The position numbers and the translations under genes were made by a program. Source: Candidatus Krumholzibacteriia bacterium (GTDB lineage: Bacteria > Krumholzibacteriota > Krumholzibacteriia > JAJRXK01). Taken from it: 64,000 nucleotides of DNA. Numbering within the stretch: the stretch's first letter is position 1; each line of letters begins with the position of its first letter. The notes below the pieces were generated by a model. The model ran no database searches. It saw only the letters and a list, made by a program, of their open reading frames with translations, and had not been told where the DNA came from. Of this stretch, positions 9,801 through 17,959 are shown piece after piece. The DNA lies in assembly GCA_041484665.1 (NCBI GenBank), contig JBGPIA010000001.1, positions 704,001 to 768,000 of the forward strand, read 5' to 3'.

Positions 9801-10476
9801 GCAGAGGGCGCGCTTCGTCCAGCGCTCCCATGTCCCGGCGCAGCGTCCCCAGCGCTTCGAGGCTCAATGCGATCCGCTCATCGTCCGGTGCGAGGGACTG
9901 CTGGCGCAGGGCCAGCGCCTGTTCGTGCAGCGGCAGCGCCTTCTGATACTCACCGGTACGCCGATAGGAGCGCGCCAGATCGTCGAGCAGCAGGGCCAGG
10001 TCGACGTGGTCCTTGCCCTGCGCACGCTCGCGAAGAGTGAGCGCTCGCTCCAACGCCCGACGGGAGGCCGCGAGCTCGTCGAGGCCATCGAGAACCTTGG
10101 CCAGATGGTGCAGGGTGGTGGCAACCTCGAGGCTGTCCGGTCCCGCCGTGCGCTCCTTGATCGTCAGGGCGCGCTCGACCAGCGCTCGGGCGTCGGAGCC
10201 GCGCTCCTTGCGCTGCTTCCACAGGGTTTCCACGAGACGGTCGATGACCCTGGCCACCTCGATGGAATCGCGGCCGTACTGGGCCTCGGTCTCGGCCAAA
10301 CGCTGCCGCGCCAGCTGCTCGGCCTCGGGCAGCCGGCCGGCATCGCGCAGGGCGCGGATGTCGTCGACCTGTTGCGCGCGGACGCCGCCGCATGGGAGCG
10401 CGCAGACGCCGGTGGCGATCGCAGCCATCAGCCACCGCAGGTGCAACAGGCGAAGCCTACGAGATCGCAGCACCAT
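6898..10476 (-). CDS. TPR-repeat CHAT (caspase-like) protease with N-terminal signal-like segment
   Basis: About 14 42-residue TPR units (G.DHP.V...L.NL); CHAT His/Cys motifs HIATHG and VLSACDTG; C-terminal HPFYWASF; GGAGG RBS. Confidence 0.92.
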   Translation of the reverse strand: MVLRSRRLRLLHLRWLMAAIATGVCALPCGGVRAQQVDDIRALRDAGRLPEAEQLARQRLAETEAQYGRDSIEVARVIDRLVETLWKQRKERGSDARALVERALTIKERTAGPDSLEVATTLHHLAKVLDGLDELAASRRALERALTLRERAQGKDHVDLALLLDDLARSYRRTGEYQKALPLHEQALALRQQSLAPDDERIALSLEALGTLRRDMGALDEARPLLERELQIRTKAHGEDHPAVAAAQTDLADLLRLMGRDLDVALDLATKALRTREAALGPQSPLVEATVMVLGHVHLARGELEASQGDYGRALALCETAYGPQSTITSAALNSLGDVLTRLGDYERARAMLKRSLAIDEKILGPDHPNVGATLFNLANVERSAGEYAEARHLLERVLAIDEKTYGAQHFYVADDHNNIAGVMYLTGEFQEALAQFERAVEIRTKLRGPDDPDVGVTLVNMGSTLQAMGEHARAREQFERGLALVEKGKGPQHPDLAQGLNDYAKLLFGLGELQPARTALERALAIDEQTLGPRHPEYARGLHNLGNLLAAQGQREEALAKLQQAEAIDEAALGPDHPDVGALLRDLALVQLERGDLEASLKAAVRAEQIGRDHLRLLARGLSERQALRYAAVRATGVDVALAAALRDPAPSHVRAAWDAALRSRALVQDELAARRSLASAAADSETTSLLSRLQSARARLANLVVRGPGDDGERYAQRVAQARAKREELERAVASRASSLGRQAAQDSVGYDAAVRALPERSALVAYASVHDGSKQPGYCALVARAGSPEPAIVALASVGAVDSLVLRWRQTIAEGVAPAGPFAEQAEAACRAAGERLRAAVWDPLAAQLGDAQRVFVVAEGSLHLVAFAALPAPDGRYLLEDGPTLHVLTAERDLIAGPPLLPSMASPPRMLAVGGPDFDMDPRAAPPASVAEQPAVVAFRGQRSSCEELARLRFLALPRAKDEAREVAGIYRRRFPRAAAEIVTGRDATEGKLKRSAGGQSVLHIATHGFILQGACAAGAALRPAAGAWELSHSTGEPGAPTPENPLLSSGLALAGANHRAAADPAGEDGILTAEEIASLDLGAAQWVVLSACDTGVGDVRAGEGVLGLQRAFRIAGARSLVLSLWPVEDAAARSWMNHLYEQRFDRGLDTAAAVREASRQLLEERRRAGLSTHPFYWASFIAAGDWR

Positions 10477-10488
10477 CGGCGGCCTCCG

Positions 10489-11763
10489 TCAGGAAGCTTG
10501 CAGGGAACCGGGATCGACCGTGCGCTCGTTGCGCGCCACGACCACGGCAGCAGCCAGGTCGCCCGTGACGTTGAGCGTGGTGCGGCACATGTCCAGGAAG
10601 CGGTCGACACCCAGGATCATCCCGATGCCTTCGGCGGGCACGCCCACGAGGCCCAGGATCATCACCACCACGGGAATCGAACCCGCCGGGACGCCCGCCG
10701 TGCCGATCCCGCCCAGGATGCAGATGAACACCACCGTGAGCTGCTGTCCCAGCGCGAGGTGCACTCCGTAGAACTGCGCCAGGAACAGCACCGTCACTCC
10801 CTCGAACAGCGCTGTGCCGTTCTGGTTGGCGGTCGAGCCGATCGTGAGCACGAACCGTGAGATGTGGGGCGGCAGCCGCAGGTTCTCCTCAGCCACCAGC
10901 AGGGCGGTCGGCAGCGTCGCGTTGCTGCTCGCGGTCGAGAACGCCGTGAGCATGGCCGGACGGATCCCCGCGAAGAATCGCCGCGGGCTCATCCCCCCCA
11001 GCCACGACACGCTGATCGAGTAGACGACGAACTGTTGGATGGCCAGGCCTAGCACGACCACGAACACGTAGGCGCCCAGCTGCTTGAGGACGTCGTAGCC
11101 CAGCCGCGCGGTGAGGGTGAAGATCAGGCAGGCCACGCCCAGGGGCGCCATGCGAATCACCAGATCCAGCAACTGCATGACCACATCGTACAGACCCTGC
11201 AGCGCCTCCTCGAAGCGCCGCGCGGCGTCGGTGCGCGTGGACGCCAGCCCAGCTCCCAACAACAGCGCGAAGACCATCACCGCCAGCATGTCGCCGTCGC
11301 CCATGGCCTTCACGATGTTGCCCGGCACCAGGTTGACGAGGAAGTCGACGCCGGTGCTCCCAGGCGCGGGGGCGGCCACCGGGGCGGCGCTGGCCCGCGC
11401 GGCCAGGCGCGCCTTCAGCTCCGGCGAGAACCCCTCGCCCGGACGCAACAGATTCACCAAACCCACACCCAGCAGCACGGCGATCGAGGAGACCACGACG
11501 GTGTAGGCCAGCGTCTTGAGCCCGACGCGCCCCAGATGGCGCAGATCGCCTAGACCGGCGACGCCCAGCGACAGTGAGGCGAGGATCAGGGGAACGACCA
11601 GCATGAACAAGAGCCGCAGGAAAATCTTCCCGATCGGCTCGGTCACGTTGCGTACGGCCCACTGCAGGCCCGCCGCGTCACCCATCGTGACGTGGGCGAG
11701 CACCCCGAGCAGCAGGCCCGCGAGCAGGCCCGCGAGCATTCGGATGGAGAGGCCGCGGTGCAT
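10489..11763 (-). CDS. Dicarboxylate/amino acid:cation symporter (GltP/DAACS family)
   Basis: Motifs AFSTASSNATLP, GSTANQNGTAL, GTAGVP and DRFLDMCRTTLNVTGD. Confidence 0.93.
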   Translation of the reverse strand: MHRGLSIRMLAGLLAGLLLGVLAHVTMGDAAGLQWAVRNVTEPIGKIFLRLLFMLVVPLILASLSLGVAGLGDLRHLGRVGLKTLAYTVVVSSIAVLLGVGLVNLLRPGEGFSPELKARLAARASAAPVAAPAPGSTGVDFLVNLVPGNIVKAMGDGDMLAVMVFALLLGAGLASTRTDAARRFEEALQGLYDVVMQLLDLVIRMAPLGVACLIFTLTARLGYDVLKQLGAYVFVVVLGLAIQQFVVYSISVSWLGGMSPRRFFAGIRPAMLTAFSTASSNATLPTALLVAEENLRLPPHISRFVLTIGSTANQNGTALFEGVTVLFLAQFYGVHLALGQQLTVVFICILGGIGTAGVPAGSIPVVVMILGLVGVPAEGIGMILGVDRFLDMCRTTLNVTGDLAAAVVVARNERTVDPGSLQAS

Positions 11764-11886
11764 GGTCCAATCGAGTATGGTGGCGGCCGGCGCGGGCGCG
11801 CAACGGGGAAAGGCCTGGCTGGATCCGAGGCGACCGCTCCTGCAACCGCTCGATCGGGCGGGCGGAGGCGGTGCCGGCCACAGTCG

Positions 11887-12465
11887 CTAGGAGCGACAGT
11901 GCTCGCAGCAGCGCGGGCGCGGATGGTAATCGATCACCTTGCCGCGCAGGTCGAACTCGAAGTGGCAGCACTCCAGCAGTTGCGCGCGCAGCAGCCGCCG
12001 CCCTCGCTGCACGCGTGACTTGGCACCGCTCACCGAGAGCCCCAAGCGCCGCGCCACCTCGGCCTGGGTCAGGCCCTCCAGCTCCGCCAGGCGGACCGCC
12101 TCTTGATACGTGTCCGGCAGCGCCTGCACGAGCCCTGCGAGGTAGCTGGCGATGCGCTGCTGCGGATCGAGCTCGACCTCCGCGCCGCCCGTGGTCTCGG
12201 CCGCCTGCCGCTGCGCCAGCTCCTCCGTCAGCTCCCCGGTCGGCCGGCGACTCCTGTAGTGGTCGGTGAGCACATTGCGAGCGATCTGGTAGACCCAGGG
12301 CGCCAGCCGGCCGCCCTCGCGCAACGTGTCGATGCGGGTGTGCACGCGCAGGAAAACCTCCTGCAGCAGATCGTCGGCATCGTGGGGATCGGCGAGGCGC
12401 CGCGCGAGGAAGCCGTGCAGCTGCGCGCTGAAGCGCTCCCAAATCTCCTGCGTGGGGGCGCTCAC
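11887..12465 (-). CDS. sigZ: SigZ-family ECF sigma factor
   Basis: DDLLQEVFLR, WVYQIARN..DHYR, LGLSVSGAKSRVQRGR, C-terminal CCHFEFD and CCEHC; GTG start overlaps the arsM stop. Confidence 0.85.
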   Translation of the reverse strand: MSAPTQEIWERFSAQLHGFLARRLADPHDADDLLQEVFLRVHTRIDTLREGGRLAPWVYQIARNVLTDHYRSRRPTGELTEELAQRQAAETTGGAEVELDPQQRIASYLAGLVQALPDTYQEAVRLAELEGLTQAEVARRLGLSVSGAKSRVQRGRRLLRAQLLECCHFEFDLRGKVIDYHPRPRCCEHCRS

Positions 12466-13289
12466 GCTTTGCGCGCTGCGAGCGTCACGCTGAGTACGGT
12501 GAAACCCTCGCTGCGGTACGCGTCGTACGTGGCCTCGTCGAGCACCTCCACCTCGGTGAACCCGGCCGCGCGCACGAGCTGCAGGTACGCCTCGCGGTCC
12601 AGGGCCCCGGCGATGCATCCCGTCCATTGCTCGACGCTGGCGCGGATCGCGGCGGGCATCTCCCCGCGCGTCACGATGTCGGCGATCACGAAGCGCCCGG
12701 TGCGTGGGCGCAGCACGCGATGGATCTCGGCGAAGGCCTTGCGCTTGTCGGGGACCAGATTGATCACGCAGTTGGACAGCACCACGTCGACGCTCCTAGT
12801 GGCGACGGGCAGGGCCTCGATCTCGCCGAGCCGGAACTCGACCTCGCGGTAGCCCCCGGCGCGGGCGTTCTCCCGCGCGCGGGTGATCATCTCTGGGGTC
12901 ATATCCACGCCGATCGCGCGTCCGCCCGGGCCCACCGCGGCGGCGGCCAGGAAGACATCCACACCCGCGCCGCAACCCAGGTCCAGCACGGTCTGTCCCG
13001 GCTGCAGAGCGGCGAAGCGGGTCGGGATCCCGCACCCCAGCTGCAGGTTGGACCCCGCTGGGAGGGAGGCATCCAGGGCGCCGTACTCCACCAGAGCGGA
13101 GACGTCCTGCGGCGCGCAGCAGCCGGCGCCGACGTCCGCGCTCGCGCGGGCTCCTTGCGCGAAGCCTTGCGCCGCCGGGCTGCCGCAGCATCCGCCGCCC
13201 TGTCGAGCGAGGGCGGCGTAGCGCCGCCGCACGTCTTCCTTGATCGAGTCCACGCCGTTGCTCGGATCCACGTAGTTGATCGAGTCCAT
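12462..13289 (-). CDS. arsM: Arsenite methyltransferase
   Basis: N-terminal CC motifs, LGCGIP, VLDLGCGAG.D, SNCVINL and WTGCIAGA; GGAGG RBS before ATG 13289. Confidence 0.88.
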   Translation of the reverse strand: MDSINYVDPSNGVDSIKEDVRRRYAALARQGGGCCGSPAAQGFAQGARASADVGAGCCAPQDVSALVEYGALDASLPAGSNLQLGCGIPTRFAALQPGQTVLDLGCGAGVDVFLAAAAVGPGGRAIGVDMTPEMITRARENARAGGYREVEFRLGEIEALPVATRSVDVVLSNCVINLVPDKRKAFAEIHRVLRPRTGRFVIADIVTRGEMPAAIRASVEQWTGCIAGALDREAYLQLVRAAGFTEVEVLDEATYDAYRSEGFTVLSVTLAARKA

Positions 13290-13324
13290 CGCCGACCTCC
13301 GTTGGTTCATGGGCACGCACCCAA

Positions 13325-13352
13325 TAGACGGACGAGGAGCAGAAAGGACGCA
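13325..13352 (-). promoter_or_regulatory. Candidate ECF (SigZ) promoter upstream of arsM-sigZ
   Basis: Minus strand reads TGCGTCC-TTTCTGCTCCTCGTC-CGTCTA; CGTCTA is a typical ECF -10 element. Confidence 0.35.
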
Positions 13353-13671
13353 AGCGGCGCCGCGGGTGCGCGGAGGGAACGCTCAGACGAATCGGCCGGG
13401 GTCGGATCCTCCGTAGATCGCGATCAGCAGTCCGTCCGGAGCGCGCGGCTGCAGACAACGCTGCCCCACGGCAGGGTGGCAAACCCGCAGAGCGGCCGTG
13501 GGGGCCATGCTGTCCAAGTCCAAGTGATTGCAGCATCTACAGCGATCAGCGCGACCTGCTCCCCACGCCTGCACTCCGGGGAGCGCTCTGCCCTCCCCGG
13601 CGCCGTACCCGCTGGGTGGGCGGGCGGATGGAATTTCGCGATCGGCGTTTTGCCCGATAGAGGATCTTTAT

Positions 13672-13752
13672 TCCTAGGATGGACTGAACTAAGTTAGGAC
13701 ACGTGCAATTTGAATCAGTCCAACTTGAATTTAGCATAGATCCTGCTAGAAT
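13672..13752 (+). promoter_or_regulatory. AT-rich glnA promoter with overlapping inverted repeats
   Basis: TTGAAT-16 nt-TAGAAT with extended -10 TG (13725-13752); inverted repeats TGGACTGA-N27-TCAGTCCA and TAGCA-N7-TGCTA. Confidence 0.55.
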
Positions 13753-13823
13753 TGTTGAAATGGACGACATTCGATCGATCCCCCCGGCGCTCGCCGGCGC
13801 AACCCCAGTTCCAGGGAGGCCAG

Positions 13824-15263
13824 ATGGACTCGACCCCGCTGCGCACGTTCCTTGAGATCCCCTACGAGAAACTCGAGGAGATGAACCTCGAGGTGAAGGA
13901 GGCCCGGCTCAACCGGGTGTCGCCCGACCGGCTGCGCGAGCAGCGCATGGCCTACCTTGCCGACGAGAAGCGCATCAAGGCGGTGACCGTCTGCTTCACC
14001 GACCTCGAGGGCCGCTTCCACATGCTCGACTACGACAAGAAGTTCCTGCTGAAGTCGGCCGACAACCTGACCTTCGACGGCTCCTCGATCAGGGGGTTCT
14101 CCCAGCAGGCCGAGTCGGACCTGCGCCTGGCGATCGACTGGCCGGCATTCTACTGGCTGCCGGCCGACGTGTTCGGCCCGGGCAAGGTCTTGGCGTTCGG
14201 TGAGGTGCGCGAACGTGATGGGTCACCCTATGCCGCCGACCTGCGCGGCAGGCTCAAGCAGTACGCCGAGACGCTGATCAAGAAGGACGGCACGGTCTGC
14301 TACGCGGCCAACGAGATCGAGGGGTTCCTCTTCAAGGGGCGCGACGCCGAGCGCCGCTATCACGACACCGGCACGTTCGAGTTCATCTCCACCGGTGGGT
14401 ACTATCACTCGCTGCCGGGCGATGCGCTCCGCCTCTTCATCGATGCCGCCGCCGAGGTCCAGCGCGCCATGGGCTTCGCCAACGAGAAGGACCATCCGGA
14501 GGTGGCCCCCTCGCAGTTCGAGATGAACTACGGCTACACCGAGGCTCTCATCGCCGCCGATCAGGTCCAGCTCTACAAGCTGCTGTGCCGGCAGGTGGCG
14601 GCGAAGTTCGACATGACCGCCTGCTTCCTGCCCAAGCCCATGACCGGGGTCAACGGCAACGGCATGCACACCAACATGTCGCTGGCGCATGGCGGCAAGA
14701 ACCTCTTCTACGACAAGAACGGCGAGGACGGGCTGTCGCACCTGGGCTGGGACTTCCTCGAGCGCATCTTGAACAACGCGACGGACACCTGCCTCATCCT
14801 CAACTCCAGCGTGAACGCCTACCGCCGCCTGGATCCTCACTTCGAGGCGCCCAACCAGATCAAGGCCAGCGCGATCAATCGCGGCGCGATGATCCGCATC
14901 CCGTTGGGCAACGAGCGCTCCGCCCGCATCGAGGTGCGCTCGGTGGCGCCCGACGCCAATCCCTACCTGGCGATCTACACGCTGCTGCGCACCGGGATCG
15001 AGGGGCCGCAGTCGACCGAGGACAACGACACCAAGCGCAGCCGCACGCGCTTCCTGCCCGACAACATCCAGGACGCGATCCGCATGTTCAAGGCCAGCCA
15101 CTTCGCCGCCACGCTGCTGGGCGAGGAGGTCCACGGCAAGTTCGGCGAGGTCAAGATGGCGTCGGCGGAGCGCTGCCCGAAGGCTCTGGGCGCACTGGTG
15201 AAGGCCGCGGAGATCCAGTTCCACCACGAGGTCACCAACCAGTACCTCTGGAACCAGTTCTAG
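13824..15263 (+). CDS. glnA: Glutamine synthetase
   Basis: FDGSSI.G, ANEIEGF, HPEVAPSQFE, FLPKP...VNGNGMH, NAYRRL and RIEVRS..PDANPYL; GGGAGG RBS before ATG 13824. Confidence 0.93.
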   Translation: MDSTPLRTFLEIPYEKLEEMNLEVKEARLNRVSPDRLREQRMAYLADEKRIKAVTVCFTDLEGRFHMLDYDKKFLLKSADNLTFDGSSIRGFSQQAESDLRLAIDWPAFYWLPADVFGPGKVLAFGEVRERDGSPYAADLRGRLKQYAETLIKKDGTVCYAANEIEGFLFKGRDAERRYHDTGTFEFISTGGYYHSLPGDALRLFIDAAAEVQRAMGFANEKDHPEVAPSQFEMNYGYTEALIAADQVQLYKLLCRQVAAKFDMTACFLPKPMTGVNGNGMHTNMSLAHGGKNLFYDKNGEDGLSHLGWDFLERILNNATDTCLILNSSVNAYRRLDPHFEAPNQIKASAINRGAMIRIPLGNERSARIEVRSVAPDANPYLAIYTLLRTGIEGPQSTEDNDTKRSRTRFLPDNIQDAIRMFKASHFAATLLGEEVHGKFGEVKMASAERCPKALGALVKAAEIQFHHEVTNQYLWNQF

Positions 15264-15312
15264 ACGCCCTCTGAATGCGCGGCGCGCCCGGTACGGGTCC
15301 GGGCGCCGCCGC

Positions 15313-16092
15313 TCAGTCGTGCGGCCGGCTCGACGTCGCGTCCGGGGGAGCGCGCTCGGGCTGCAGCTCCCCCGGCCGGAAGCTTGGAGTGCGGGCAAAG
15401 GCCGAGCGCTCGCCCAGCCCCACGATGCCCTTGAGGACGCCCACCGCCTGCCGCGGGACGCCGGAGAAGAGCCCGCCCCCGTCCCGAGCGCGGATGCCGC
15501 CGCGCAGCCACTGCTCCAGATCGCGGACCGCGCCGATCTCCAGCGGCTCGAGCCGAGCCTCCACCATCACGTAGTAGCGGCCCGATGGATCGAGGGCGGA
15601 GCGCTCGGCCACCTTCGCTCCGTGCTCGCTGCAGACGGCCTGCTCGAGCGCCCCGATGCTGCGTACGACCGTCATGCGCGCGTGCACGGAGTCGAAGACG
15701 CCGTAGCTCTCGTCGACCACATCGAACAGGATCTTGTAGGCGGACCCGCCGCCGCCGATCTCGGTGTCCCACCACGAAGCACGGTCGCGCCACAGCTCCC
15801 ACCGTATGACCAGACTCGCGGGGAGCCCCGAGCGTAAGGCTTCGACGACGCTCGCATCGAAGAGACCGTCGACCTGGAAGTCGACCGCTACGTGCGCGCC
15901 AGCGATGTAGGGCGAGGCGAGATCGATGGCGGCGGCCGGCGCGCCCGCGGCGGCTGCAGGCCGCAGCAAACAGAACGCGACCAGCTCAAGCATGCTACGG
16001 GCAACGCCACGGCGCCGATCAAGGGCCGACGCCGGGCGGGCGGACAGCCGGCGCATCGGACGCAGGGCGTGGCCCTCGGCCGCAGCGCGCAT
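15313..16092 (-). CDS. DUF4390-like exported protein
   Basis: EALRSGLP.S...WEL.R.R..WWD pattern; ATG overlaps the upstream stop; NtrY/NtrX neighbourhood; true start may be later (MLELVAF). Confidence 0.65.
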   Translation of the reverse strand: MRAAAEGHALRPMRRLSARPASALDRRRGVARSMLELVAFCLLRPAAAAGAPAAAIDLASPYIAGAHVAVDFQVDGLFDASVVEALRSGLPASLVIRWELWRDRASWWDTEIGGGGSAYKILFDVVDESYGVFDSVHARMTVVRSIGALEQAVCSEHGAKVAERSALDPSGRYYVMVEARLEPLEIGAVRDLEQWLRGGIRARDGGGLFSGVPRQAVGVLKGIVGLGERSAFARTPSFRPGELQPERAPPDATSSRPHD

Positions 16093-17651
16093 CAGAACGC
16101 GCGATTGAGACGTAGCTGCACGAGCACGTCGCGCTCCCCCCGGTCCAGCCGCTTGAGCACCTCCACGCGCAGATCGTCGTCGCCCAGCTGCAGCCCCATC
16201 CCGATGCTGCTCTTCCACTGACCGGGATCGATCCGCGCCGCCCGGTCCGCCCAGGCCATCCCCGTGTCGAACAGTAGCACCGCCTGCACGTCCTCGATCA
16301 CCGGAAACACGTACTCGGCGTTCGCGAGGAAGACTCGCTCCCCACCCAGCGGCGGGGCTGTGCCCGGCGCGGGCGCAGCGGCTGGATCGGGCACGAGCAG
16401 CGTCTGGTAGGGATACCCGCGCACGGTTCCCAGCCCCCCTACGACGTAGCGCTTCTGCTGCGGCAGGACCCCGTGGAGGTTCGTGCCCGACCGCACGCGC
16501 AGATCCAGGATCTGGTCGCGGCCCATGCGCAGGCGGGTGCGCAGCTGACCGGTCAGCTGGCGGAACTCGAAGTCGCCGCCGAACAGGTCCCGCCCGCTGT
16601 GCTCGTAGCTGAGCTGGGCGGAACGGAGCCGGCTCCCCAGACGCGCCTGCACGAACAGGCTGCGCATGCTGCCGGCGTCGATGGGCGGATTCGGGATGAA
16701 CTCGCCGCGCCCGAACGACCAGTCGGCGGTGTTGGGGAGCGACGTGTAATCGACGGCGCGGAACTCGCCGCGCACCTGCAGCGCCTCCGACGGCTCCAGT
16801 ACGACCCCTATGCTGCCGCCCTCGCTGCGATAATAGTCGCGAAAGTCCTCCTTGAAGAAAATCGCTGCCGCGCTGTTCTCGCCGCTGCCGATGCCAGTCT
16901 GGTCGGTGTAGTCGGTGTGCGCGAAGCCCGAAGCCTCCACGCAGAGCGAGCGGCTGCGGGTGACCGGCTGGCTGACCGTGACGAGCGTGCTCCAGCGTTT
17001 GCTGCGGAATCCGTAACCGATGTTTCCAGAGAGCGCCGGCTGGAACGGCTCGGGCGTGCGCATCCGGCCGCGCAGCGACAGCACCAGGCCGTCGGCGCGC
17101 TGATAGGCTACGAGGTCGTCGTCGAGATCGCACTCAACATCGAAGCGATAACGGCGCTCGGGCGACAGCACCTCGCCATCCCGTCCGATGGATACGACGG
17201 ACACCCACCCGTGCCCGCGGTGGCGCGCCACCTGCGGGTTCCCAGCGTCCAGATGATGCGACCAGCCAGTCGAGTCCTCCACGACGAATTCGTAGACGTG
17301 ACGGCCGGGGGTCAGATCCACGCGCACCTCCCAGAGGCTGTCGGCAACGTCGTGCTCCATCGGGAGCTCCTCCCACTGGAGGAAGTCGCCGGTCAAGGAG
17401 ACGCTCAGGTAGCCCTCGTCCTCGTAGCGGAAGCGGATCTGCCCGTCGTCGCTGCAGGGCGCCAGTCGATCGACGCGGCCATAGCTGCGCCAGTGCGCCG
17501 GCACGCGATCCGCGTGGTCGAGCTGGGAGTCGCTCATCGACTCTGCCGGCGGCGCGGGCATGGCGCAGCGGCACGGAAAGGTCAGCAGTGCGATCGCCAC
17601 GAGCGCCAGCGCCAGCGCAACGAAGAGCATGTTGACCGAGCGCTCCATCAT
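16092..17651 (-). CDS. Outer-membrane Omp85/BamA-like beta-barrel with an N-terminal CBM48/AMPK-type glycogen-binding domain
   Basis: Signal peptide; SVSLTGDF..W...PM...W.V.VDL.PG.H.Y.FVV pattern; GGLGTVRGY loop motif; amphipathic strands; terminal Phe. Confidence 0.72.
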   Translation of the reverse strand: MMERSVNMLFVALALALVAIALLTFPCRCAMPAPPAESMSDSQLDHADRVPAHWRSYGRVDRLAPCSDDGQIRFRYEDEGYLSVSLTGDFLQWEELPMEHDVADSLWEVRVDLTPGRHVYEFVVEDSTGWSHHLDAGNPQVARHRGHGWVSVVSIGRDGEVLSPERRYRFDVECDLDDDLVAYQRADGLVLSLRGRMRTPEPFQPALSGNIGYGFRSKRWSTLVTVSQPVTRSRSLCVEASGFAHTDYTDQTGIGSGENSAAAIFFKEDFRDYYRSEGGSIGVVLEPSEALQVRGEFRAVDYTSLPNTADWSFGRGEFIPNPPIDAGSMRSLFVQARLGSRLRSAQLSYEHSGRDLFGGDFEFRQLTGQLRTRLRMGRDQILDLRVRSGTNLHGVLPQQKRYVVGGLGTVRGYPYQTLLVPDPAAAPAPGTAPPLGGERVFLANAEYVFPVIEDVQAVLLFDTGMAWADRAARIDPGQWKSSIGMGLQLGDDDLRVEVLKRLDRGERDVLVQLRLNRAF

Positions 17652-17726
17652 CTACCGCCTCGTGCTGCACGGGCTGCCCCGCGCACGAACTGCATCATGG
17701 GGGGTGCTTGCGATCCAGAGCGAACG

Positions 17727-17741
17727 GCAACGCACGTGCCA
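17727..17741 (-). promoter_or_regulatory. sigma54 (-24/-12) promoter
   Basis: Minus strand TGGCACG-TGCG-TTGC, a full consensus core, about 75 nt upstream of the 17651 start. Confidence 0.8.
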
Positions 17742-17959
17742 CGGCCCCGGCGCGGCTCTGGTCGCACAGTGGAAACTGGGATCCCCTTGGAGCGTCGCGG
17801 GTTCGGGCCGGCGAGCCAGCGTTTCCGACGCCGTCTGCCCGGTCCGCACCCGGGATCGCCGTGTGCCGGTGACAGCAGGAGCGTGTCCTCGCGACACGGC
17901 GGCGCGACACCGCGGCGCGACCGCGCGCCCGCGCGAAGCGGTCGCGGCGCAACCGCGCA

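Noticed and set aside
6898..10476. Type III-E CRISPR (Craspase) locus
   Set aside because: No Cas7-11, cas1 or repeat-spacer array is visible; only the protease/sigma logic is analogous.
8467..10860. Long antisense ORFs (also 22637-25177, 29126-30979, 36207-39182, 42128-43915, 52191-54053)
   Set aside because: They mirror well-supported genes, show no motifs, and are expected where stop codons are rare at high GC.
13383..13574. 63-aa Cys-containing ORF upstream of arsM as a possible metal-binding peptide or ArsR remnant
   Set aside because: No recognisable motif or HTH and weak start context; it cannot be supported from the sequence alone.
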